Positions 36,089-50,772 are shown, counted from the whole stretch's first letter. The stretch: 62,994 nt of DNA, filler included, from Reclinomonas americana ATCC 50394 (GCA_048213135.1; 12 parts of 12 records of this genome joined end to end with filler, not necessarily neighbours in it); one strand, 5' to 3'. Numbers and translations are program-made. The notes: generated by a model from the letters alone, not told the origin.

Positions 36089-39000
36089 ACAGATTAAGAT
36101 CGGCACGCAACAGTCGGAACGGGCAACCCGCAGCCAGGCGCTCTGCCTCTCGAATCCACGACGGCATGCGCGTGAGAATGTCCTCGATTGGTGGACGACT
36201 GCGGGGGAAGTGAACATTGGTGAGGCAGGGGGGTGCACAGCTCTCGCGACCACACACAAACACTGACCGATGAACATCCTTGACCAAAATGTATGCCATC
36301 ATGTCGAGCACCACTGGCGCATTCTCCTGCAACCACTCATACTGTGGCGTCTTCTCCTGCAGCACAGGCTCCGCCTCTCCGGTGACGCGAATAAAGAATC
36401 GAATCCAATCGTCGTCGTAGAACAACATAACACCTGCCACAATCTCGTACAGCAGGCAACCGAGACTCCACACATCACTCGGGCGCCCAGCACCAATCTG
36501 CACGCAACGCACACACTCGTCAACATCGCTGCGACCACACACACGCAGATACACAAGCACCACTGCACCTTCTTGCGGCGATCGAATGTATCGCGATCCT
36601 TTTGCGCTTGCATTGCAATCGTCAACATCTCCGGGCTCTTGATGCACTCAGTGCCGCGGTTCCGCTGCGTCCACTGCTCCTCCTCGCGCGTGTAGATCTT
36701 GCTCTCACCAAAGTCCGCCAGCACCACGGCAAACGGCAGCTCGTCGTCCGACTGGCGCATGTTCAGCATGATGTTGTCGCATTTGAGGTCGAAGTGAATG
36801 ATGCCCTTGGTGTGAATCGTCTGCACCGCCTCCACCACGCGCTGGAAAATGCGCAGAAGCATCGGCAGCGCGGCCACCACCGACTCATCCGGTATCGAAG
36901 CACGGAAGCCCGACAGGGTCATCTGATACTCGTGCATCACCTGTGCGTGCGGAGACGTCTATTAGCCAGAGAGAGAGAGAGAATACAAGAAAACGGCAGC
37001 GAGAACGCACCAGATAGTAGCGATCGTCTTGCACGCCGTAATCAATCAGGCGCGTGACACCGGGATAGCCGCGAGCTCGCTCCAGAATGAGAACCTCGTG
37101 GAAGAACGCAAACGTCACGCAACGTTCGTGGGCGTGCTTTGGCACGTCCATGACCTTGACCACAAGCTGCGCCCACCAAAAATCAGTACAAATAGAAACC
37201 AACGCGGACAACTTGTATCGCACGACACCTTTTGAGGATGCGCGCTGGAAGCGTTCACGGTGCACCGATATACCGAACCGAATGCACCGGCCGCCACACG
37301 CGACGTCAGCTGATACAAGTTGGAGTTGATGAGGTGGCCACAGAGCACCTTCCACAGGATCTTGACTGAGGCGTGCATTTCTTGCATGCGACTGTGACGC
37401 AGCGAGAGTGTGAGAACAGCACGGAGGCGCAAGGTGAGTTCGCGTGTGTGCGTGGTCGTCACCTCGAGAGCGCAGACACAATGTGCTGATTGCCCGGGTG
37501 ATTCAAGTGACAGTGGAGGATGAAGAGCACATTCGGCTTGTCCTTGTTCGTCGGGTACTCGTCACAATAGTCCTCGTCAAGAGTGCCATCGGTGGCATCC
37601 ACCAACAGATTCAGCAGCAGCGACACGACGGAGGCATGCACCGGAATCGACGAGTAAAGCGGACGCATCAGCCGCTCGCCGCTGTAGTCGCGCCCCATGC
37701 CTGCCGCTGTCGTCGACCGCGCGCTGCTGCCCTCACCATAGGCATCTGTGCACACACACACCCACGCACAAATCAGCAATCGAATAGACGGTGATCAACT
37801 GAGCACCAATCCGATTCTCGCGCACCTGCGGCAGCCGACGAAGGAGCCAGGTTGAGATTCAGTGGAGTACCGGCATGCGACGGCGTTGCTATCTTGGCAG
37901 ACATGTCGAGGGCTGGCACAAAGGCCTGTGCAATATGTGTGTGTTGGAGAGAGAGAGAGGCAAAAAGGAGGGCTACCGCAGTGAATCACTCACTGGCGAG
38001 GCAGCTACTGCTGGGAGCGCACGATGCGACGGCAAGAAGCGAACTGTGGAGCGCGCAGTGGACAGCGTGGCGCCCGAGCGCGCCGTACTCTGATCCGCTC
38101 GAGTCACCGCAGCCAGGTTCTCCATGGCCAAGTGCATGCGCCCGCCGACACCAGTCGCACTCAGCTCCAGTGCTGTAAGCGACCCGCGGTGCTCGCCACC
38201 CTCCACAGTCTCGAGGGCCACCAAGGATGGAGTTTTCGCCAGAGGCGGTGGTCGTGTGGCGGTGGCGGCCGCGGCGGTGCGAGCAGGCGTTGCGGTGGTG
38301 GTGGTGGTGGTGCCTGCGGTAGCGGTGGCGGCAGGCGCACCGCTGGCGGCCTCTGCCTGCACGCCGCCCTTGATGTATCGCGCGTCGAGTGACAGCGGTG
38401 GTGGTATGAGGGGAGCCTTTGGTTTGCTCACTTGTCCAGCACCAGGCACAGCAGTGACCGACGAGCCGACAACAGAGCTCGATTGCAACTGTTCGTGCAG
38501 CGCTCGAGCCTCCAGCCGCTTGTCCATACTCAGCGCCAACAGGGGAATCGACCGGGTGGAGGCGTCGGTACGCGCACTTCGCATTCCATCCTCATCGTCC
38601 TGCATGTGCGTGCCACTTGTGAGCCAAAACACTCGATTCATGGTCGCAACAGCAACAACGGTGGTGCACACACCTCGCGCTCCGACTCCTCCGACTCAAT
38701 CTCAAAGTCACTCTTGTCGCTAAACGAATAGTAGTGACCGTCCTCGCGTGGCTGAGTAGGCGGTGGAGCTGCCGTAGTTTTCTTTGTGTCTCGAGCGGAC
38801 GACTTGCGTGCCGACAGCTGCCGTGAACTCCGCCTCGAGCGACTACCACTCAACGGCACGTCAGCCATCGGCGGTGATACGCCACCTGCGACGCAAGGGA
38901 GGAAAGGAGCTAGTTTTTGAGTGCGACTGTGCTAATCTTGTCGACAAGAACACACTGCTACTACGCAACCGGCCATGGGCGGCGGCACCGAGTCGAGAGT

Positions 39001-41740
39001 GGTCTTTTGCGGCTCCGAAACGTGGCGTGGAACCACGTGACGAATGCGTCGAGCTGCAGCCGCCGCAGTCTCCGAAGTCTCCTCTTCATCGCGCTCGTCG
39101 TCGGCGCTACCGCCAGCCGAGTACGAGTCGCCGTCTGACAGCGACCAAGCATCGTGGTGCGAGCTGGCCGGACTGTTCACAACACGAGTCAATCGCACAG
39201 CGAGGCGACACAGCAGCAACACAAGATACATACCTCAGTGGTTCAGCAGCTGGCGCCACCGGCGGTGGCGGTGGTGGCGCGTGCTTGGGCGCCAACAGCG
39301 CGGCAGGTACTGCGCCACCCTTGGGAATGACTTTGAGAGAGGGAATCCCCGCTGGCACTGGTGCGGGCGGAATCGGAGGTGGGGCGACACTGCTGGCTGC
39401 AAACGAGGGCGGTGCGCGAGGTGGTGGTGCGGCGGCGGCGGTGGCGGCTGCTGCTGGAGGAGGACATGTGTACATTGTAAGACGACTCGCATGCACATTG
39501 TGAGGTGCTTGTATCACTCACCAGTCTTGACAGCAGCAGCGGCTGCAGTCGAGGTCTTTCCACGCGCATCGTCACCGCCACTTCCACTATCGCTGCCGCC
39601 GCCGTCGTCGTCGTCGTCGCCACCACTGCCAAAGTCATCGAATTCAAACGAATCACCGCCACTTCCGTCGCTCCATGCGTCGTCCTCGAACGTCGGCTTT
39701 GGCGGCGGCGGTGGTTGCCCCTGAACAGCGGCAGCACATGTTAGACTCCGATACATGTTGCAATCGGCACACCCCACATGATCACACACCTTGACGACTG
39801 CAGGCTGCAGAACGCGGTGCGGAGGAAGGCGCTCTGGTTGCACAAAGTGCAAAATGTCGTACGCCATGCGCTCGGTGAAGAACTCCTTGCAAATGTCCTG
39901 CCATTCGCGCGACCGCATCTCCCACGCCTCCATGCCCGTCTGTGGCGACGCAAACAACAGTCTGTGACTTCCCACTTCCCTTCATCGGACCATGGCAAGG
40001 GGGGGGGGGGGAATAACGCAACTCTTGCTCGAATGTCATTGCAGACTTGCAAAACGTGCCGACGAGAAATCACATGGGCTTTCTGATAGTTCTCCGGGGG
40101 CCACCATTTTGCCTCGGTAGCCGCTGCACGAATGGATTAATTACGAGCGTACGCGCGCGCATGCACTGGCAACGAGTGATGGGGCGACGCAACTCGCAAA
40201 CACCAAATGTGACCATTCCGACTCGATGAAATCAGGGATTGGCAGCCACTGTTGACCGGCGCTCGGCGCGGGTTTCTCGGTGACGAACCTAATCTTCAGG
40301 TCACTTCGCAGATTCCGCATGAAGGACACCTCGCCACGTGTTCGTGCCGACACGGCCGGCGGCGACTGTGGCACAATGGGGCATGAATACAACTGCAAAA
40401 AAACGGTGTTGGGGGGCGTGCACGCAACAAGCAAGCCAGTGCGCGGCGTGCCGCCCGCTGCGGAGCCCAAACGATGTGCAATCGTGCCATCTTCGCCAAC
40501 GATGCGCGGAGTACGACGCGACAGCGGTGCACTCGCCGCCAGAGCCGACGGAGCCAGTGGAACTGTGCATTGGTGGGGCGCGTGAGATGCAGACAGAGAA
40601 AGACAACACTCAGAAGGAGGATGAGGCATGTAACTGGACGACGCCACGCCAGCGGGGCCCACCAGTGGTGCCTTGGGCGTCTTTGGAGTGCGCAACGAGG
40701 CAGACGAGGCCGCAGCGGTCGCTGCTGCCGCCGCTGCTGCTGCTTCCTCGCCCATGATAAGCTGCGGCAACTTGTTCAGCGTGCTGTTGCGACGCAGGCC
40801 GAGAACGGCCGGCGGCTTGACGGTTTCCGGCTGACCGATACTGCAAGCACACAAACAAAAAAAAAATGTCAGGAACGAGTCTGCACCGACGGTTGTGTCC
40901 ATCGGTCTGGGATGCGCACGAACCCATCCTCATCGCTCGACGTGTGATACGAATCCAAACCAAACTCCATGTCGGAGGCAATCGAACGCGACGAGGCGGC
41001 AGCAGCAAGAGGCGCAGCAGCCGTCACGGCCTTGCCGGAGGGCATTGGTGACTCGGGGAGAGGCGGGGCCGGCATCTGTGTTACGATGAGACGCAGATCG
41101 CTTGCCACACTCCCACCACGTCGACGCAACGTCCTTGTTGGCGCGGTCAATGACAGCCCCGAACAAATTGATGGAGGTGGAGTCGGCGGAGAGCAGTGGA
41201 ATGCTGGGGATGGTTCGCGACAGCGTCTTGGTGCCTTGCGGCGTGGGAGACACGGTGGACACCTGGAAGGAGTCGTCGTCGTGGTCTTCGTCTCGATGAC
41301 CACCGTCGCTACTCTCGCTCGTGTTGTCGAGCGAGTACACCAAGTGGTCGTCACGTGCCGACAGATCGTCAGAGTCACCGCTGGTGTTGTGGCCTCGCTG
41401 ACGCGCTGGCTGCGGCGACGCATATGCACCGGCAGCCGCAGCCGCCCCCGCCGTGAACGGCGGTCGTCCACCGGCTTGTGGGAGCAGCTCGAAGAGTGTC
41501 ACAAACGCTTGCGACGCAGTGACCGGAATTGCGGGGTCGGAGAGCTCACGAGTGAGTGATTCGACCTGTTCAGCCAACGACTGCGACACGTTACTGGTCA
41601 TCGGGCCTTCGCGACCCACCGAGGCCACGCAGTCGGCCTCCAGCTCCACCAAGCGCGCCAAGTACAGCACGATGCGCAGTTCACGGAACTACGAGCACGC
41701 AAGTGAGCAACTGACGGTGGTGGGGGAATGATTTCTGCAC

Positions 41741-41779
<39 letters not shown>

Positions 41780-44748
41780 ACAGACCTGCGACCGCAGCTG
41801 CTCCCGAATCGGCCGCAGCACATCCTCGTGTCCCGCGTTGATCGTCACCGATCGCATGTGTCCCGAAAACGACAACAGCACTCCCACATGCAAGTGGGCC
41901 AGGTGCAAGCAAATTTCGCGTGCGGACGGCTCGTCACCACGACCGCGACCTGACAACAAAACGCATGACACCGTGATAAGCTCTCCAGCAACAACCGACG
42001 CCTCAAAAAGTTAACGCACGTTCTGTGTCGGTAGCGCGGGAGACGCCAGGCGTGGCCAGCGACAGGCACTGCACCATTTGCAGGTAGTGCAGCGACAGGT
42101 AGTGACTGACATACATCTCCATGCTCAAGAACGGACAAATGGCCACCGGCAGTGCAAAGAGATCGGCCACCAAATTGAGACCCTGTGACAACAAGCGGTG
42201 AGTCGGTGTGCGTGTGCGTGTGTGTATGTAAGCAACCGAGCCGCACCTCGCACTGCATGGAAACCCAGGCCTTTGCCGCCGAGATACGCGGATCCACACC
42301 CGCAGGCAACGCATCGGCATCGCTGCCGAGAGTGTCATCGTCCATGCTGTCTGCCGAATGACGATCGAGACTCTCAGCATCCTCATCGATGCCGTTGGCA
42401 GATCGGCGACCGGCTGCCGCTCGCGGTCGATTGACGCCGACAATGGTGGGAACCAGGTCGCGAGAGATCAGCACATTCAGCGCGCCCTCGACCGGATGCA
42501 CCAGGAAGTCCAACTTTAGCACGTACTCCGACACAGCAGCAGCCACCCGCGCGCGACGATTCTCATCCAGTGGCCGTCCGTCAAAGCTCCGACACGCCAT
42601 GCGGTAGTTGGTGGACATGACCGACACAATCATCTGCGCCCAGCGTTGGTCAGACGACAGTGTGATGGATAGATGCACCTGAGCAAACAATAGACACCCG
42701 CACCCGATAAAAGTCCAGGATGCGAATGACGTGGTCACGCAGAGCAAAATCGAGATCGGTCGACCGCTGCCACACACGTTCACCCCACACAGCAAGCAGC
42801 GCACGTCGCATAACCTGGGCCAAGGTTGTTGCCGCCACTGCTGCATTCGGGTCCAGCTCGGCCTCAAAGCCGCGTCCGTGCGGCGCAGCCGACGCACCCA
42901 CGGTGGTGGGAGCGACCGCCGGCGGCACATCACCGGCATCGAGTGAGTCATCGTCGTGCATGTCTGCATCACACGGTCAGATGCACTCAGACAAACGCGC
43001 ACACACGCACACACTGCATAATCGAGGGCGAACCAGGCTCCGAGTCATCGTCTTCTTCGAGAATCAGTGCCTTCGCCACATCCAGGGAAACCATGACGTA
43101 CGTGGACAGCCAGTTCACTGGACGTGCTGTCGCTGCCATCGATCGACCAGTAGCCGGACTGTTGGATCGTGAGTGTGAGAATGAAACGCCCGTCACGCAA
43201 GTGCGCAGAAAAAAACGAAACTTTGCCGCATTCCAACTCGCTCCGCCCGGCGCCGTCGTGAACGTGTTCCCCGAAGCCGTCAACATGTCGCACATCACAT
43301 CAATGACCACCGGATGGCCGGAGCACACCGCGTAGCTGCAGAGAGAACTCATTGTCTCGAGAAGGAAGTGCATGGCCTGCACGTGGCACCAGTCTGGTCG
43401 AGAGACTCGCACAAGACATTCTTGCACGCGCACCAGGAGGCGCAAGAAGAGGTGCACGGTCTGCGAGCAGACCGTGCGCGAGTTTGACAGTGCCGTGTGC
43501 AGGTACGATGAGAGCACCTCCAAATGTCTGGTCACTTCGGTCCACGCGCCCACCTACAACGAGACAAGCCGTGCGGTGAGTGCCCATGTCAGAGTGTGTG
43601 CGTGCGCACCACGCAAACAAACCGACGGCTGTGCCTCCAGTGTGGCCAACACGGCTTTCAGCGAGCCGGCAAGCCGCCACAGGAAACGATTGGAGGAGGA
43701 CGATGATGACACGAAGATCTCGGTCGGCGGTGCTATTAGAATATCACGCAAGATTGAGTTGACGTTGGAGTGTATCGCCACGCAAAAAAAGCATCAGCGA
43801 CGCAACACAAGGCGGCAAGATTGAGCTGGTACATGTTGCGATAGACAGGTTGCGGCGCCGACATGGAGAGCGGATTGACACCGAGTGAGTTTTGTCGCGC
43901 CACAGTGCGTGGTCGCTGACTCAACGCGAGACCTATTCGTGCACCGGTGTCAGCCAGAATTGCCTCGACACAGAGCGGCGGGCGAGCTGACGCAACTGGT
44001 CGGAGTCGGCGCCTGGTCGGAAGGACTGGAGGGCGATTCGCGACCGCTGACAGGGCCAACAGAAACACCCGAGAGCGACAGTGCGGCGCTGTTCGGTGGT
44101 CGGTAGGTGGAGGCTGACGAGCGCGGCTTCCGTGAACTTGACTGCGGCCCATCCGGCATCCGCGCCGAGTACACCCCACGTGCCGAGGAGTCTTCTGGGC
44201 TCATGAACAACGCGCTGCCACCGCCACCACCTCCTGCACCAGCGCCAATGACACCAAAGCCCCCATCTGGTGATGATGACGGCCTCGTGAGCACGCTGAC
44301 CATGCGCTCTGGTGCCGTTGACGGAAGGGCCAACATCGATCGCGGTTCAGCAGCCGGCGCCGTGAAATGCAGAAGAATGCGATGAGCGAATTGACGTGCC
44401 CTCTGTGCCCAGGCGTTAGCAACGGTGAAAAACGACAACTGCAGAGCAGCGAGAAATGCACCAGCGAGAGTAGGCCAGCAATGTTTTGCGCCTGCATGTC
44501 TCGCTCGCGCACAGTCGGGATCAACATCGGGTGGTTCCAGTTGTACTCAAAGTCCGGGCGCAGCTTCCGCAGGAAATAATCGTGGAACGAGAAGTCGTGA
44601 GCGGGGTGGTGACCGAGACTCATGTGTCGCAGACGACGGACTGCGTGCGAGTGCACCATAAGCGACGCGAAAAAATCAGCCACTCAACACGAGTGCACAC
44701 CACGCACCTTGCTTCTGGAACACGACGTGTGGCGCGAGAGCGGCGTGT
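36089..44748 (-). CDS. Very large multi-exon Ser/Thr protein kinase (kinase domain ~36150-37350), partial at both ends
   Basis: VAAGAFGSVY, LVVKVMD, IIHFDLKCDNIML, VLADFGES, RGTECIKSPEM and SDVWSLGCLLYEI. Upstream exons can be chained in frame through most of the contig. Confidence 0.85.
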
Positions 44749-44848
44749 NNNNNNNNNNNNNNNNNNNNNNNNNNNNNNNNNNNNNNNNNNNNTTAATTAA
44801 TTAANNNNNNNNNNNNNNNNNNNNNNNNNNNNNNNNNNNNNNNNNNNN

Positions 44849-45820
44849 AATAAAGTTCTGTTCGCACATGCGCCGCGAATCCGACGGCCCAAACCGCAGC
44901 GCAGCCTCCCCCACCGACAACTCACTCATGCGTCGCAGCAACTCGCCAGTCAGTAGTGACACCACATGTGCGCGATCTGCGACAGACAGATCCGGCGCAC
45001 CAAGGACGCGCGACACCACCTGGTTCCCCCACTCATCGTCGTCAATGTGGTGTTGAGGTAGCAACATGCAGACGAGCACGCACCTGCAGCAGCGCATGAA
45101 ACGGGCTGCTGCGCACCGGCAGCAGTTCGGCAATGCGAAACACCAACGACAGCACGCCTGCGTCAACCAATCGTCTCGTGCCGGCCAACTCATCGGCGTC
45201 TTGCAGCACACCGAGCACCGTGAGCAGTGGATGATGCAACCGCTCGGCCACATCGCGCGGCGGCCCCACTCGCACCATCGACGCCTCCATCTCATTCACC
45301 AACCGCTCGAGTTCCACCAACGCATCCTCGCCCTGCTCGAATCGTCAGTCACCAAATGTCGAGGCTCCCAAAATCAACAATCTCTCTCTCACACACACAC
45401 CTCACGCTTCTGCGGTCGCAAAGCTCGTCGCGCCGCTGCACTAACGCCCACTGCAGGCACCGACGCTCTTCTCTCGCCCGCCACCACAGCCGGTCCCGCA
45501 GCCAGCGACGCTCTCTTACGTGCCGCCGCTGCCGTTGCGCCTTCATCGTCATCCTCATCCTCGCCATCCTCGTGCGAAAAGTAGCGCGCATGTCGCGACG
45601 CCACTGGTGGCGTGCCTCCACGCGGCAACACCGTAAACCCGCTTCCATTGAGCGTGTACTCTCCTCCAGCGGCAGCAGGCGGAGTCGACGCAGCCACGAC
45701 CATGCCTCCAAACAAGTCAGTGCCTCCATTGCGCGGCGGTGTCACCAGGACATCATGACCACTGCCGTTGCCGTTGCCTGTGCCTGCACTGCGCACGGCA
45801 TACGCACTCGCACGACTCAT
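44849..45820 (-). CDS. 5' end of a gene, probably the N-terminus of the large kinase (3'-partial)
   Basis: ATG at 45820 (MSRASAYAVRS...), spliced helical exons LVELERLVNEME...VVSRVLGAPDL, runs into the linker. Confidence 0.55.
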
Positions 45821-46027
45821 GGTCGCCGCGTGAGAGATGAAGGGCGGGGGTGTTTTGAAATTTCGCGTGATCGTCGCGCGCGTGTTTTGGCGCGAAACAC
45901 AAAGACAACTCCCCGCGCTGCGAGTGCTGCGTGTGTGTACGTGTGTGTGCAATCGTTGCAGCTGTGCGTGTGTGTGCGCGTGTGAGTTCACGGCGAGCGT
46001 GTGTGTGTTTGTGTGTGAGAGAGAGAG

Positions 46028-49000
46028 ATGAGTGCGCGCCATGGTGACGACGAGGACAAGGCGAGCGTGGAGTCGCTGTTGCGGCGATTGCAGGTGGTGA
46101 TGTTGCGGTGTCCGGTGGATGCACGGACGGGGCAGTTTGAGCGCGCTCGCGATGCCTCGCTGCATGCGTTTCTGTTGCGCGTCTTGTCGGCGCGCTTGGC
46201 TGTCGCCTCCTCCTCCTCCTCTTCGTCGTCGTCGAGTGGCGGTGGACGCGTGCAACGCACAGGTGTGTGTGCATGTCTGTGTGTGTGTGTGTGCGTGCGT
46301 GTAGCGATCTCACGTGTGTGTGAGCAGACGAGGCTGGATCCACTGACGCGTATGTGATGGGCGAGATCATCAAGAAGAGGCGTTGCGTTCGCCTTTGCTC
46401 ACGTGCTGGGCGGCTGGTTGTGCTGACGGATTCGCTTCCACACGTGCAGTGGCACAACAGGGACGACCGGCGGCCGCGGTGGAGTTCTCAGATGCATTTC
46501 GGCGACTGGTGGCGCTGCCGATTCTCAAGCGCAAAGGACCGCTGCTGCATGTGCTGTCCACGGTGGCGCGGTACAATGCGGCCGTGCAGCATGGCGTTGA
46601 GGTGTGCAAGTGGAGAGTGCGTCTGTGCCCTTGCTGTGTTTTTCTTTGCTGACAATGCCGACAGCCGGCACACACGGCGTTTGCGGATCTGCTGTTGAAG
46701 GACGTGCCGTCTGCTGCAGCTGGCTCCGGCAAGTTGTCGTCAGCGGACAAGACAGTGGCGGTGGCACCGGGCACGCGAGGCGATGGCGTTGCATTACCGC
46801 CGTCGTCGTCGTCGTCGTCGTCGCCACCCGACGATTTTCTGCAGGGCTTTTCCGATTCTGAGTCACCCGAGCACGGTGAGTCTCGTGGTGCGACGAGGCG
46901 AGGGGTCATCGTGGCACTCACCTCTTGTTGCACAACACAACACAGAGTCGGTGCGCGTATCCGAGTTGGTGCTGCTGCGCGACATGATGTTTGTGCTGCA
47001 AGGCATCGACGGGCGGCGGATTCGTTTCGACAGCGGAACGAATGCGTATGAAGTCGATAGCGCCGTGTCCGTGCCGCCCACTTTCCACGCCATGATTCGT
47101 CGCATTGGCGAGCTGGGCTGGCTCTACCGAAGGATTTCGACATTTACGCATGCCGTCAGTGCCTCGGCGACCACGACCGGACTCGTGGCGCAGAGCTTCT
47201 GCTCGACGGTGCAGCAAGAATTGGCCGCCTACTACCGCAGCATTGCCATTTTGGAGACGCAGATGAACTTTGAGGGTTGCGTCTCCAGTGTGCCGATGCA
47301 GCGTGCGAGTTGCGTGTGCGAAAACTGATCTTCTTCTGCCTCTCTCTCTCTCTCTCTCAGCCGCCAAGGTGCGGTCGGGCGAGCAACCTGTACACTATCT
47401 GTCATTGCGAAAGTTGGTGGTGTGGATGGAGGAGCCGCTGCAGAGGCTGAAACTGATTGCCGTGTTGGTCGATGCGTGTGCGGAGCTGCATGGCGGCGAG
47501 CTGGCATCACGAGTCTACGAGTTCCACAAGCACGGCGATCCATTTGTACAGAGCTTTGTCGACAAGATCCTCCATCAGGTGTGTGGCGACTGGGGAAAAA
47601 AAGAGTGGCGAGTGCCCTGCAACTCATTTCCGTGCGTCAAGGTGTGCGTTCCGATTTTGAACATGATCCACCGATGGGTGTTCGAGGGCACGCTGGAGGA
47701 TCCGTTTGACGAGTTCTTTGTGGCCTCCAACCCCAACGTAACACCCAATCGACTGTGGCACGACAAGTACTCTCTGCGCGAAAAGATGCGACCTTCGTTC
47801 ATTTCCGAGGCACTGGCACAAAAGGTGGCGTGACTCGCGGGACTCTGCTTCGTGGTGTCTCTCCCACACTCACTTCCAACATGTGTTTGCCTGCCAGATC
47901 TTGTCCACGGGCAAGTCCATTAACTTTATTCGCCACTGCATGCGCGACTCGGAGTGGCTGATGGACTCGGGCGCCTCCACCACGGCACAGCAGGGTGCGA
48001 AGACTGCCACCACTATCGATGTCTTGTTGCCAATTGAGCGCGCTCATTTGTGTTGATCAGCGCTGGCGGCTGGCGACTGGACTGTGCTGGAGGGAGTGAC
48101 TGATCAGGCTGCCGATATCACCAACCGGCACCTCATCACCACGATCTTCTCAAAGTACAAGATCGGCGCCCACATTCTCGCCCTCAAGCAGTACATGCTG
48201 TTGGGCCAGGGCGACTTTATCCAGTACCTGATGGACATTGTCGGGTGAGAACGTGGGAAGAGGGCGAAAGGGAGATTTCGCGAGCTCACATCGGCACCGC
48301 CTCGCAGACCCGAGCTGAACAAACCGGCGAGCGCCGTGGAGCGACACAACTTGCCGGGCCTGCTCGAGTCAGCAATCCGAGGCTCCAATGCACAATTCGA
48401 GGACGAGAATGTGCTCGACCGGCTGGATGTGCGGCTGCTGCAGGTCAGTCCTCGGTTGTTTCGTCGCACCTGCGATCGCACACTCACCAAGTTGCGCAGG
48501 AATCCCCGGGCGACGACGGCTGGGCCGTGTTTTCGTTGGACTACAAGGTTGACGCTCCGATCGACACCATTCTGACCACAGAGACGATGAACACGTATCT
48601 GCGCATCTTCAAGTACCTGTGGCGCTTCAAGCGCGCCGAACACTCGCTCAGTTCCATCTGGAGCCGGCACATGTCGCTGGCGCACATGCTGGTGCTGCCG
48701 CGTGACGCCGACCTTGCAGCGCTCCTGCATCGTTGCCGTCTGTTGTGCCATGAAATGGCCCACTTCACCTCCAATCTCGGCTACTTTGTCATGTTTGAGG
48801 TGTGGCGTGTGCGCACTCGACACACTCTCGCCGACGCCACGTATCTCACTGCTGCTGTTTGCTGCGCAGGTGTTGGAATGCTCGTGGGAGGAACTGCAAC
48901 GCTCCATGCGATCGGCACCGGATTTGGACGCCTTGCTAAAAGCGCACAACCAGTACTTGGATAGCATTGTGGAGCGCTCGCTGCTGGGCGACGACAAGGA

Positions 49001-49430
49001 TGTGGAGGCGTTGCGGACGTTGATTACCCGGATTTTGGACCTGATCCTCCAGTTCAGATACGCCCAGGAACGCGCGTACATGGACCTGGATGCGGAACTG
49101 AGTCGCCGATCGGGCTCCGCCGGTCAGGAGAGCGGCAGTCGGTGGGGCAGCACCAAGACACTGGCAGAGGAACAGGCGGAGCAGGCGCAGTCGGTAAAAC
49201 TTGTGCGCTCGATTGCACAGAACGCGCGCCTGACACGCGAAGCCTACTCGGATCTGCTGCACAATCTGATGGATCTCTTGTCACGCGTCAGCTCCCACGA
49301 CGACATGCTCAAGTACTTGTCCTTCCGTTGCGTAGTCTGTCCGTCGTTGTTAACAAGCGCGACGTGTCTCACCTGACGTGTTTGAGCAGGTCTCGACTTC
49401 AACGAGTATTACGACAACGGAGGCTCGTAG
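46028..49430 (+). CDS. TUBGCP3: Gamma-tubulin complex component 3 (Spc98/GCP3)
   Basis: LLRDMMFVLQGIDG, GELGWLY, GLVAQSFC, HGDPFV, LEDPFDEFFV, ALKQYMLLGQGDFIQYLMD, GWAVFSLDYKVDAPI, FEVLECSW and LSFRLDFNEYY. Confidence 0.95.
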
Positions 49431-49521
49431 GCGCGCTCTGTCCCTTCCCCGCTCCGCAGAGGTGGCAGAAAAAACCGAATGAAAAAACTGTTTGTGATGG
49501 GAAAAATGGCATGCTCCGAGT

Positions 49522-50698
49522 TTACGACATGTAGTTGAGGGGATCGAGTCTGTGTTGGTGGGATGGTGAGGGAGGCACACACGCGTGTCGACACACACAC
49601 ACACACATCGACAGACCTGTACATGTTGCCGTACTGCAATGTTGGAGTCTGGCCGCTCTCGCACTCGACCACGGTGACAGCCATGGCTGTGGCAAAGCAG
49701 ACGTGAGCCAAGCACACACACACACGTTGCGCTCGTCGTTTCACGCAACTATCCTCATCCTGAATGTGGTACGTCACCGTCACCACACTGGTGCGCAGGA
49801 AAAAGTTGAGGACCGCCGTCTGCGACGGCTGGTGGAAACGACCGGAGCACGCCACGCCATTGTAGCTCCACAGCAACTGCGTGTCGCCGCCCTTGCCAAT
49901 CGTCACCTTCATCTCGTAGCCAATCGTTGTGTTGTGCAGACCCTTGCCAAAAGACCAGTACCTACAAGAGGAAACGTGTCAGCCCGACGAGACACGGAAA
50001 AGAAAACACCAAAGGCGGGTCGGCACGCAACAGGTACCGCGTGGTCGGCGATGTGTCCATCTTGCGCACTTCCTCAATCTGCGCCACCGAGATGGTCAGC
50101 AGTGAGAAGCGCAAAGGAGAAGGAGAAGGAGAAGCACAAGGCGCAACTGTCACAATGGAGTTGGTGGATCGCAAATGCTGCCACGTCCCACCTGATCGCA
50201 ACAACGATTAATGATGATCACGGCAAATGCACAGTAGTGTGATCACTCTCTCTCACCAATCTCGCGGAACTCCAAGTTGCGCTTCCACGGACCAAGCAGG
50301 AACGAGGGAAAGTCGGTGCCACTGCCATACACACGCACACAAGTGAGCATATGTGTGTGTGCCTGTATATGTGTGTGACTGTGTGTGGATTACCTCGAGG
50401 GCGGGAGTGAGGAGGCCGCAGGTGCAGCAGCCGACGAGCCTCCCGCACCTCCTGCTGCAGCAGTCGCCGAGGCACCTGCGCCCGTAGTGGTGGTGGTTGT
50501 TGTTGTGGATGTCGCAGTCGCAGTGGACGACGCATCGGCGGCGGTCTTGCCCTCGGAGAGTGATCGCGAGTGGGGCGCCACTGTGGAGGAGGCCGAGGGT
50601 GGTGCAGAGCCGGAGGCGGCCAGAAGCCGAGCAGAGCTGTTGAAGCGACTGTTGCTGCCACCGGGGGCGCGGGAGGAACCAGGGAACGCGGGGTCCAT
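49522..50698 (-). CDS. Hypothetical protein: low-complexity N-terminus plus ~150-aa beta-rich domain
   Basis: Seven exons chain in frame: FPSFLLGPWKRNLEFREIGGTWQHLRSTNSIVTIEE...YWSFGKG...TAVLNFFLRTSVVTVTYHIQDEDTMAVTVVE...QYGNMYRLDP. Confidence 0.7.
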
Positions 50699-50772
50699 GT
50701 GTGTGCTCTCTCTCTAAACGCAATCGCTGGTGTGTATGTGACACACGCAGGACACTAGTGCACTGAGGAAGA

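Noticed and set aside
37117..37123. GTTGCGT on the minus strand as another donor
   Set aside because: It lies within the continuous kinase exon (HERCVTF) and no intron is needed. The motif alone is not sufficient for a call.
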